A stretch of 64,000 bases of DNA, taken from contig CAVOKF010000004.1 of assembly GCA_963696385.1 (NCBI GenBank), forward strand, positions 480,001 through 544,000, in the 5' to 3' direction. How positions within the stretch are numbered: position 1 is the first letter of the stretch; the number at the start of each line of letters is the position of its first letter. Made by a program: the position numbers and the translations under genes. This document shows positions 19,308 to 27,578 of this stretch, one piece after another. Source of the stretch: an uncultured delta proteobacterium (GTDB lineage Bacteria; Myxococcota_A; Polyangia; Polyangiales; Polyangiaceae). The notes beneath the pieces were generated by a model that searched no databases, was not told the DNA's origin, and worked only from the letters and a program-made list of their open reading frames with translations.

Positions 19308-19628
19308 ATGAGCGTGCAGGAGGCCCTTGTTTTCCGCGCTCTGGCCGACCCAAGCCGCCGAGCCATCTTTGAACGTCTGACTCACGGCGAGGCAGCGGTG
19401 AAGGACATCACCAAGCGCCTCGACATTTCCCAGCCCGCCGTGTCGCAGCACTTGGCTGCTCTCCGCAACGCTGGCCTGGTGACCGAGAGGCGTGACGGGC
19501 GGCTCGTCTACTACAGGGTCGAGCCCAAAGGGCTGCGACCTCTCGTCAACTGGATCGCCCAGTACCAAGCCTTCTGGCGGGACCGCCTCCACCAATTGCA
19601 AGACTTGCTCAAGGAACTGGATGAATGA
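19308..19628 (+). CDS. ArsR/SmtB family transcriptional regulator
   Basis: FRALADPSRRAI...ISQPAVSQHLAALRNAGLV...GRLVYY. Confidence 0.93.
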   Translation: MSVQEALVFRALADPSRRAIFERLTHGEAAVKDITKRLDISQPAVSQHLAALRNAGLVTERRDGRLVYYRVEPKGLRPLVNWIAQYQAFWRDRLHQLQDLLKELDE

Positions 19629-20065
19629 ACGCCCAAGCCGAGACCCAATCGATCTCTGTGACGTACGACCTGCCGCAGTCCCCTCCAAAGGTCTGGCGTG
19701 CCCTCACTGAGTCAAGCCTCCTCGCGTCCTGGCTGATGCCCAACGACATTCGCCCTGTTTTGGGTCACGTCTTCACCTTCACCGCCCAACCGATGCCCGG
19801 TTGGGATGGCATCGTTCATTGCAAGGTGTTGGAGGTCGAGCCGGAGAAACGGCTGCGCTACTCCTGGTGCGGTGGGCCTGCGTCATCTCGGCTTGAAACC
19901 GTCGTGGCCTGGACCCTTGTTTCTACCGCTTCCGGCGGAACTCTGCTCGCCTTGGAGCACTCCGGATTCTTGCCCTCGAATGAATTCGCATTGGACGGGA
20001 TGGGCAGGGGATGGCAGGGCAGGATTGCTGACCGTTTGCGTGACGCGCTGTCCCGCTCCACCTGA
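19625..20065 (+). CDS. SRPBCC (AHSA1-like) domain protein
   Basis: KVWRALT...WLMPND...LRYSW...LEHSGF...GW. ATGA overlap with the ArsR gene. Confidence 0.9.
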   Translation: MNAQAETQSISVTYDLPQSPPKVWRALTESSLLASWLMPNDIRPVLGHVFTFTAQPMPGWDGIVHCKVLEVEPEKRLRYSWCGGPASSRLETVVAWTLVSTASGGTLLALEHSGFLPSNEFALDGMGRGWQGRIADRLRDALSRST

Positions 20066-20161
20066 TCCGGTGCGTAAGAACAAACCATGGCTCCGCCGGT
20101 CCTGAGCGACCTCGTTGTCACTTCATCTGCGCTTCGCCCAGGGAGCCAGACGGAGGGCCTG

Positions 20162-20917
20162 ATGGAGACTCGCCAGCGGACGATCGCGGTGAATGGTGCG
20201 GACCTTTACGTCGAGGAGCGTGGCAACGGCGAGCCGCTCCTGCTGCTGCACGGCATGATCGGCACGAGCGGCGACTGGCGGCACGTGTTCGACCTCGACG
20301 AGCTGGCACGACGGTTCCGCGTGGTCACGCCAGATGCAAGGGGCCACGGGCGCTCGACCAACCCAGGTGGCGAGTTTGCCATCGCGCGCTGCGGCCGGGA
20401 TGTCCTGGCGATCCTGGACGCCCTCGGGATCGATCAGACACGGGCCATCGGCGTGAGCCTCGGCGCGAAGACCCTTCTGCATATCGCCACGAAGGCACCG
20501 AACCGCGTCGCCGCCATGATCTTGGTGTCCGCGACGCCTCGCTTCCCGGAGGCGACGAGAGCCCTATTTCGAGCCGCCGCTCAGCAGCAGCACTCACCCG
20601 AGGAATGGGCGAGGATGCGCGCCCTTCACGTTCACGGTGACGAACAGATCGCGCGGCTCTGGGGCCTCCCCGCGAACTTCGCCGGCGACACGGCCGACAT
20701 GAACTTCACGCCCGAACAGCTCGGGGTCATCACGGCAAGGACGCTGATCGTCACCGGCGACCGCGACCCGTTCTACCCGGTCGAGCTGGCGGTCGAGTTG
20801 TACCGTGGCGTCCCGAGCGCGTCGCTCTGGGTCGTGCCCGACGCCCTGCACGGCCCAATCTTCCTGGCGCAACGAGAAGCGTTCGCTGAGGAAGCGAAGC
20901 GATTCTTCGGCCGGTGA
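20162..20917 (+). CDS. Alpha/beta-fold hydrolase
   Basis: PLLLLHG, PDARGHGRS, GVSLG nucleophile elbow, GDRD and catalytic His. Confidence 0.92.
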   Translation: METRQRTIAVNGADLYVEERGNGEPLLLLHGMIGTSGDWRHVFDLDELARRFRVVTPDARGHGRSTNPGGEFAIARCGRDVLAILDALGIDQTRAIGVSLGAKTLLHIATKAPNRVAAMILVSATPRFPEATRALFRAAAQQQHSPEEWARMRALHVHGDEQIARLWGLPANFAGDTADMNFTPEQLGVITARTLIVTGDRDPFYPVELAVELYRGVPSASLWVVPDALHGPIFLAQREAFAEEAKRFFGR

Positions 20918-20970
20918 CCGACGACGAGGTGGCACGACGCCGGCACCGTAAGGGACCTGTGCGGTCGTGG

Positions 20971-22215
20971 TCACGGACCGTCGGCATCGGTCCGCAGGTC
21001 GCCCTGCGTCATGCAGGATGTGTCGGCGCTCGGAGAGAGGATGCCGCTCACCGTGGCCGTGCCGCCCGCCGAGTTCAGTCGAATGCGTCCAGTACCCCCG
21101 CCTCCGCCGCCGGAGTTCGTCATCGCAACGCTCTGACCGGGCGACCCGTTGATCGTGCTCGCGGCGCCCCCGTTGCCGCCCGCGGCTCCGCTACCGCTGG
21201 CGGTTCCTCCGGCTGCGGGCGTCGCGTCGGCCGTGGCGTCCGCGCCCCCGTTGCCGGAGTAGTCGCCGCCTCCTCCTCCGCCGTTCGCCGCGAGGGTGCC
21301 GGCGACCGTCACGGCGGTTGCCTCGAGGAGGATGGCCCCTCCACTTCCCCCGCCCCCCGCGTTCTGATCGGAAGCGAGCCCGCTAATGGGCCCCCCCTGG
21401 CCGCCGACCGTGATGGATCCGCCGCTGTTTAGCGTGAGCGTGTCGGCTGCCGTGATTTGAATCGCGCCACCGCCCGCGCCGCTGCCCACCGTTCCGCCTC
21501 CACCAGCCGAACCACCGACGAGCGGACGAACGGCTGCGTTGCCGTATGCCAATCCAACAGCGGTCTGCCCCCCGCCGAGGCCGCCGAGGCCACAGTAGGA
21601 ACCTCCCGAGCCGCCGACGTCGGCCGACCCCGAACCGGCAGCGCCTCCGCCACCCCCCATACCGTTCGCGTTAGACGCCGCCGGGCCGGCACCACCCGGG
21701 CCGACGCTGAGACCGGCCGAGCTCGCTACGATGGCTCCAAACAGAGTCGCGTCCGAAAGCGAGACCAAGACGAGCGGGACACCCCCCGTTACCGTGATCA
21801 CGCCCGTAGACTGAACCGCCAGCGATTGGACCACGACAAGATTCACGGTGCTTCCATCCGGTTGGGTCACGGCCTCGATCGGACTCGAAAAACAGTCCTG
21901 CGCCGGCGACGCTGCATCCGTCTGGATGGAGCAGGCGCCCGATTCGTTTTCGGCCTGCGCCTGCGCCGTGACCGCGGCAATCTCCGCGAGGCTCACGTTC
22001 GAGGGTTGAAAGGAAAGCGTGGCCCCGGCTCCGCTGCTTCCGGCGTCCGGCGTCCCCCCGCTTGGAGTCGTGGACCCACACGCGGCCACAAGAGCGAGCC
22101 CACCTGGAACGAGCCACCGAGCAGGGCTCGCGTCCGAGCGACGGGCTCTCGCCCCCGTGCCGAAATCCTCGTCGATCGTAGCTTCGATGTGCGTCGTATT
22201 CACCTTCATGCGCAT
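20971..22215 (-). CDS. Glycine-rich exported lipoprotein (myxobacterial)
   Basis: Lipobox VAAC. Repeated GGGGG motifs (GAGGGAIQI, GGGSGGAILLEA, GGGGGTGRIRL). Confidence 0.8.
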   Translation of the reverse strand: MRMKVNTTHIEATIDEDFGTGARARRSDASPARWLVPGGLALVAACGSTTPSGGTPDAGSSGAGATLSFQPSNVSLAEIAAVTAQAQAENESGACSIQTDAASPAQDCFSSPIEAVTQPDGSTVNLVVVQSLAVQSTGVITVTGGVPLVLVSLSDATLFGAIVASSAGLSVGPGGAGPAASNANGMGGGGGAAGSGSADVGGSGGSYCGLGGLGGGQTAVGLAYGNAAVRPLVGGSAGGGGTVGSGAGGGAIQITAADTLTLNSGGSITVGGQGGPISGLASDQNAGGGGSGGAILLEATAVTVAGTLAANGGGGGGDYSGNGGADATADATPAAGGTASGSGAAGGNGGAASTINGSPGQSVAMTNSGGGGGGTGRIRLNSAGGTATVSGILSPSADTSCMTQGDLRTDADGP

Positions 22216-22704
22216 TTTCCCTTCCAGGGCTCCTGCTTCGAGGCCGTCGCCATCGTACGGCCCACCGCATCATCCCCGTTACGTGAGCCAATCCCGGATA
22301 AGCGCCCCAAATGCCCCCATCCACGCATCGATGGCCAGATCCCACGACATCGAGGTCGAGGTCGCGAGTCGTTGACTACCCGTCGCCATCGAGAGACGCG
22401 GCGGACGCGGGTCTATGAAAGGTCTTGGAGGCGGGACGCTCGGTCTTCGCGCGCATCGTGACTCGTGCGCGATGAGGATACGAACATCGCCTCCCGTCGA
22501 ATCAGGGTATCGTCATGAACCCCGAGCGCCGAGCGCCTGCGCGGGCTCCGACCCCAAAGGCGAGTGGGTGGGTCGACATGCTCGTCGACGGATTCGCGCC
22601 GTAGCTTCCGACGCCCGCGACCTCAAGGTCGACCGGGCCGAGCGCCGAAGCCTCTCGCGCCATAAGGACGAACGTGCCGCACAGGACCTGTGCCCTCGGT
22701 CATC

Positions 22705-24174
22705 TCAGCGGCGCGGCCGCGGTGCTCGGGGATGCCATGTCGCGAGGTCGATCACGCGCCGCCCGAGAACGGAGCCGCAGCCCATGTCCGTCGCGAAGCC
22801 CACCTGTCCGTTCTGTCGGTCGATGATCGTGACGAAAGAGGACAGAAACGCGTCACCAAGAATCGCTCCACCCTGCATCGTCCCGCCGTCGCCCACCGCC
22901 AAGCAGAACTGCCCTTGGCCGGCGTCAATGAGATACGACTGCGTCGGACTGACGGTAAGCGTAAGGTCCTGTGCCCCTGCCACGCTACTCGGTAAGTTCA
23001 AAGCCATAGTGGGAAGCGCGGCGTCCACGGCCGCCGCCGTGGCCCCGTTGGACTGCGCGCAGCCGTTTGCTTTTAGGGGCGTCCGCCCGAACAGCGAAGT
23101 GTACCCGCTCGACGTGTTGATGGCCTCAAGGATGGCGCTGAAGGCCTTTGTGGGGAGGTAGAAAAGGCTCGTACCCGTGTCCACGATCGGGCTCTCGAAG
23201 TCTGCCGCTTGCAGCCCGAGGCTCGTCCCCCCCATCAGCACGTCGTCCACGTTGATGGCATAATACGGAGTCGTCTTCCCCAGCGGGATAAGCGGGGTGT
23301 ACTGCACTGGCGACGCGGCTGCCGACGGGTCGAAGCCGCCGAGCCACAGTGTCCCACGGGATGCACAGAGCTCGAACGCCAATACGGGCGAGACTCCAGC
23401 CGAAGTCTCCTGGGCGAAGTAGGTGTCCGTCCCTTTCAATTCTAGCAGAGTGGATCCGAGGCCAAGAATTCCTTGAAATTTCGCAGAATTGAAAAATTGG
23501 CGATCGGACTGAATCGACATGAGCTCGAGCTGCACGCTCGGCGAGCCGTATCCCAGGCTCACGGTATCCTGGAAGATCTCCCCCGCCACCGAACTGCCAT
23601 CCCCGTAGGCAGAGGAGGCCGTCCTGTGCAGATCGGTCGCCGTAGACGATGGCTGGTAGAGAGGAGAGACGCCGGCCGCAGTGCAGTTCGTACAGCCCTG
23701 GCCGGCGACGGCGGAAGTGGCCGAGCCGGTGTCGATATCCATCGCGAACGTCTGATCTCCGACGGTCACTTGGGCCGTGTAGTAGGTCCCGTCCGGCGTC
23801 GATAGAGGGATCGCGGCGAGAGAAACGCTGGCTTCCATCGGCGCGTCCAGCACGCCTGTTTCGAACCCCGGCGCCGCGGTATCCCCGGGGGCGTCTTCGC
23901 CTCCCTCGGGAGCGCTCCCGTCCACCCTTGCCCCGAACTCGCTCGGTGATGTGCCGCCGTCATGGCTCCCAGCGCTGTTGCTAGGACTGGCGCTGCCGCG
24001 ACCGGCCGTGTAGGTGGTGCCCACCGAGGCCGAGCTACTCGCGCCCCCACCGCTGCCTCCTGCCAAGTCCGCATCGTTTCCGGAGCACGCCGCGAAAATC
24101 ACCGTCAGGGTGGCCAGTGACCAAATCGATGTCGCCTGGGCCGTTCCCGCGTGGCAAACCTTCGAGGTCGTCAT
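22705..24174 (-). CDS. Pepsin-like (A1) aspartic protease, lipoprotein
   Basis: Two catalytic motifs (IDTGS, VDTGT), flap YGDGS, GILGLG and ILGDAFL. Lipobox FAAC. Confidence 0.93.
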   Translation of the reverse strand: MTTSKVCHAGTAQATSIWSLATLTVIFAACSGNDADLAGGSGGGASSSASVGTTYTAGRGSASPSNSAGSHDGGTSPSEFGARVDGSAPEGGEDAPGDTAAPGFETGVLDAPMEASVSLAAIPLSTPDGTYYTAQVTVGDQTFAMDIDTGSATSAVAGQGCTNCTAAGVSPLYQPSSTATDLHRTASSAYGDGSSVAGEIFQDTVSLGYGSPSVQLELMSIQSDRQFFNSAKFQGILGLGSTLLELKGTDTYFAQETSAGVSPVLAFELCASRGTLWLGGFDPSAAASPVQYTPLIPLGKTTPYYAINVDDVLMGGTSLGLQAADFESPIVDTGTSLFYLPTKAFSAILEAINTSSGYTSLFGRTPLKANGCAQSNGATAAAVDAALPTMALNLPSSVAGAQDLTLTVSPTQSYLIDAGQGQFCLAVGDGGTMQGGAILGDAFLSSFVTIIDRQNGQVGFATDMGCGSVLGRRVIDLATWHPRAPRPRR

Positions 24175-24655
24175 GTGTCCTTTCGGGGAGTGCGGCCCGA
24201 GCGAGTTCGAACGGGTGGACGTAACGGCTATCTACCAGTGGCATACGGTGTGCGGTCTGTCGATCCATTCGCAGGTGAATCGCGGGTGAATTCGCCTTTT
24301 CTGTTGACGTGGCACAATTATGCCACCCGCACGGTTCCGGCGGTGCGGCGAAGAGAAAAGCGTCCTCGGGGCGGAATGGTGGCGACCCTGCTGTTACCCA
24401 GTCGCCAGTAGGCCTTGGTGAGTGGCCTATCCCGCGGGTGTGCATTGTGGCGTTGATGAGTCTGCGCTCTCACCTACCGGCCGCCGCCCACGTCGGACCG
24501 TATCCCGAGGAGCAAGCCTACGCGCTTTCGTTGTGGAGCCCTTGGGTGACCTCTCGCGGCTCCTCTCGCGGCTCACGCCACCGTGGTCCGCGACCAGCGG
24601 TCGTGTTATTGCCCGCCATGCGAAAGCGTCGCGCGCCTTGAAGACAGTCTCCTTG

Positions 24656-25324
24656 ATGGACGACGTGCCCTTCGACGTCACGCGGCTCGACGCCGCCGAG
24701 CCGTCGCGCGTCGTCCTTTTCGCTGTCGGCGCTGGTGGAAATCCCAACAGGCACCTGCCGCTCTTCCGGACACTCGCCGACGGCGGATGCACCGTCGTCG
24801 CACCCCATTTTGAGCGCCTCATCTCTCCAATCCCGACTGAGACTCACTTGCTCCTACGCGCGCGACGGCTGCGCCGCGCCCTCGATTCCGTCGTGCTCCC
24901 CGGGCTGCCGGTCGCGGGCGTCGGGCACTCGATAGGCGCGACGATCCTCCTCGCACTCGCCGGCGCTGCGGGATGGACGCTCGCCGGGGAGCGCCTGGCG
25001 ATCGCGCATGACCCTCGTCTCGCGCGCCTCGCGCTTTTCGCGCCGGCGACAGACTTCTTCCGAACGCCCGGCGCGCTCGACGAAGTACGCGCGACGATCT
25101 TCGCGTGGGCCGGAACGAACGATAGCATCACGCCTCCCACGCAGGTGGGGCTCTTGAAACAAGCGAGCGGCGCACGCGTCGAGGTGCGGATCATAGAGGG
25201 CGCCGGCCACTTCTCGTTCATGAACACCCCGCCGCCACAGACGTCTGATCCGCTCGCCGACCGCGACGCGTTTCTCACGAGCCTCGCGGCGGACGTTTGC
25301 CACTTCGTGACGGCCGAACCATAA
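24656..25324 (+). CDS. Alpha/beta hydrolase (dienelactone hydrolase-like)
   Basis: GHSIG, GTND and GAGHFSF motifs. Confidence 0.85.
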   Translation: MDDVPFDVTRLDAAEPSRVVLFAVGAGGNPNRHLPLFRTLADGGCTVVAPHFERLISPIPTETHLLLRARRLRRALDSVVLPGLPVAGVGHSIGATILLALAGAAGWTLAGERLAIAHDPRLARLALFAPATDFFRTPGALDEVRATIFAWAGTNDSITPPTQVGLLKQASGARVEVRIIEGAGHFSFMNTPPPQTSDPLADRDAFLTSLAADVCHFVTAEP

Positions 25325-25710
25325 ATCGAGCCCATGGTCCTGGCGGGGGAACGATGCCGGCCCGACCGCGTCCCGCTCTACCCGGGAGAGTTTTTAGCGG
25401 GCCACGCGGGCAATCCAATAAGCCGGAATCTTGAGGCAGAGGCGGCCACGCATGCCCCTCGTTCGTGCGCCACTCGGGCGTGACGATGGTCGCGATGCAC
25501 GCGAGCTCCGTCTGGCCGTAGGCCCGGTACATCGCGGCGCTGACGCACGAAGGCTCGCAACCGAAAAGCGGTGATCGAGCTTCACCGCATTCATAAGCCG
25601 GTGGGCCCGGGGCCTTATCGTGACGAGGACGAAACGACGACTCCCGATGCGAAGGCTCCGAGTGATTGACACCGGGGGGTGTGGGAGGCAAATAAAGGAG
25701 GCCCTGCCCG

Positions 25711-26442
25711 ATGACGCCGCCGATCCACGAGACCGCTCCGCCTTCCAAGCCCGTTTGCGCCGTCGTGGGGGTAGGCCCGGGCAACGGCGCCGCATTCGCA
25801 CGCCGCTTTGCGGAGGAAGGCTATGCCGTGGCGCTTCTCGCGCGCAGCGCCGCATTCGCGAGTGATCTGGCGGCCACCCTGCCGGACGCCCGATCCTACG
25901 GCTGCGACGTTTCCGACGCGATCTCGGTCGAGGCCGTGTTCGCCGCGATTCGGCGCGACATGGGCGAGGTCGACGTAGTCGTGTACAACGCCGGTAGTGG
26001 CGCGTGGGGTTCGGTCGAGGAAGTGAGCGCCGCCGACTTCGAGGCGAACTGGCGCGTCAATGCGCTCGGAACGCTGCTGGTCTGCCAGCAGGTAATTCCC
26101 GCGATGAAACGAGCCGCGCGCGGCACGATCGTGATCGTCGGGGCCACCGCCTCCCGCCGCGGCGGACCGCGGACCGCCGCTTTCGCGCCTGCCAAAGCCG
26201 CTCAGCGCAGCCTGGCGGAGTCGATGGCGCGGAGTCTCTGGCCTGCGGGAGTCCATGTTGCGGTCATCATCATCGACGGCGTCGTGGATCTGCCACGCGC
26301 GCGCGAGCGAATGCCCGACAAGCCCAATAGTTTTTTCGTGGAGCCCGATGACGTCGCCGACACGGCGTTTCGCCTCTCGCAACAGAGGCGTTCCGCGTGG
26401 TCGTTCGAGGTGGAGGCGCGCCCCTTCGGCGAGTCCTGGTAA
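25711..26442 (+). CDS. Short-chain dehydrogenase/reductase
   Basis: GVGPGNG, YNAG, FxxxK variant (FAPAK) and C-terminal RPFGESW. AAAGGAGG RBS. Confidence 0.92.
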   Translation: MTPPIHETAPPSKPVCAVVGVGPGNGAAFARRFAEEGYAVALLARSAAFASDLAATLPDARSYGCDVSDAISVEAVFAAIRRDMGEVDVVVYNAGSGAWGSVEEVSAADFEANWRVNALGTLLVCQQVIPAMKRAARGTIVIVGATASRRGGPRTAAFAPAKAAQRSLAESMARSLWPAGVHVAVIIIDGVVDLPRARERMPDKPNSFFVEPDDVADTAFRLSQQRRSAWSFEVEARPFGESW

Positions 26443-26493
26443 ATTCGTCGAGCCCGACGAGGTCGCCGACACGGCGTTTCGCCTGCCTCAGCA
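26335..26493 (+). repeat. Imperfect ~50-bp direct repeat of the SDR 3' region, placed right after its stop codon
   Basis: 26335-26385 (ttcgtggagcccgatgacgtcgccgacacggcgtttcgcct) vs 26444-26493 (ttcgtcgagcccgacgaggtcgccgacacggcgtttcgcct). Confidence 0.85.
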
Positions 26494-26928
26494 CGGACGA
26501 GGGCGGTCCGGCCGTCCGGTACGAGCCGCCGTTTGTCGCGGATCATCATCGAACGCTGCGAGCGACCAGGCGATTTCGAGTGCCTCGTGACGTCGGCATG
26601 CACATCCTCGTTCACTTCTTCGGCTCCCGAGAGCGAAGAAAAAACATGGCCGCTACAACGACCAGGACGACGAGGATAATCGGTTTCACGCCTCAGGCCC
26701 CATGCTGGCGATTCTACGCGGTCTGTGGCGGACGGGGAAGGGCGGCCGTTCATCTGTCGAGCGGACGATCCCTCGTGCAGCGGAGCGAAGAGCTTGCTCG
26801 GAAGGCCTCACTCGGTGCCCAGCCACGCTTCCGCCTCGGGCGGATCCGGGCGACTTGGCTCGCCGACCGCACCAAGCCGTCGGGGCGGGGGCCCATGGGC
26901 CAGGACGAGTCCGGCGCGCGGCGACGGG

Positions 26929-27351
26929 TTATCTCGGACGCCCTCGCGGATAGGAGGGCAGGGCCGGATCGAGGACGCCCCAAGGAACTGCGGAGTCCGT
27001 CCAGATTCGCAGGGTAGGCCGGACGGGGCTGGGGTCGTCCAAGCTGCCCGCCTTGACAAACACGTACTCGGGGTGCGCGGGCGACGACGTGAAGAGTGGC
27101 GAGCCGCACTCCGGACAAAACGAACGAGAGACGAGATTGCCGCTGTCGCCTCGCTTCGTGAACTGCTTCACGTCACCCCGTTCGATGTGGAATCGGTTGA
27201 CGTCGAGGCGGACGCCCACGTTGAACGCACTGCCGGTTACGCGGCGGCAGTCCGCGCAATGGCAATAGTTGGCCGGCCCGACCGGACCGTCGAAACGGTA
27301 TCGGACGGCGCCGCATAGGCAACCTCCAAGAACGGGAAATGCAGGGATCAT
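26929..27351 (-). CDS. GFA (CENP-V) family protein
   Basis: GGCLCGAVRY, CHCADCRR and RSFCPECGSPL. Confidence 0.92.
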   Translation of the reverse strand: MIPAFPVLGGCLCGAVRYRFDGPVGPANYCHCADCRRVTGSAFNVGVRLDVNRFHIERGDVKQFTKRGDSGNLVSRSFCPECGSPLFTSSPAHPEYVFVKAGSLDDPSPVRPTLRIWTDSAVPWGVLDPALPSYPRGRPR

Positions 27352-27578
27352 GCGTGTGTGCTTGCGGCCCGAGACTACCCGATTCGGCCCGGTCGGGGGG
27401 ATCCGGGATCCCCACGGATCCGGACGTGCGCAACAGCGGTTCTCGACGATTCCAAGTGCTGGCCTGCACGACTGCGTCGAGTCGGCGAGTACCTTGCTGA
27501 CGGTTGCGAGTCTCGCGCGCGGAGTCAGGGGCCCGCGGCTCTCGCAAATCTTGACGGACGGCTGTACACGCACCTGCC

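Noticed and set aside
9290..20917. Integron cassette array
   Set aside because: The gene types are cassette-like, but orientations are mixed and there is no integrase or recurring attC structure.
22494..22510. CCGTCGAATCAGGGTA resembling the IS630/MITE end (14/16)
   Set aside because: Short, lacks the terminal CTAG and a partner end. It could be chance or a very old relic.
24309..24326. Sigma54 promoter in TGGCACAATTATGC
   Set aside because: GG-to-GC spacing is 9 rather than 10 on both strands. Kept only as a palindrome.
25440..25560. Possible SnoaL-like remnant (MYRAYGQTELACIATIVTPEW)
   Set aside because: Too short and degenerate to support.
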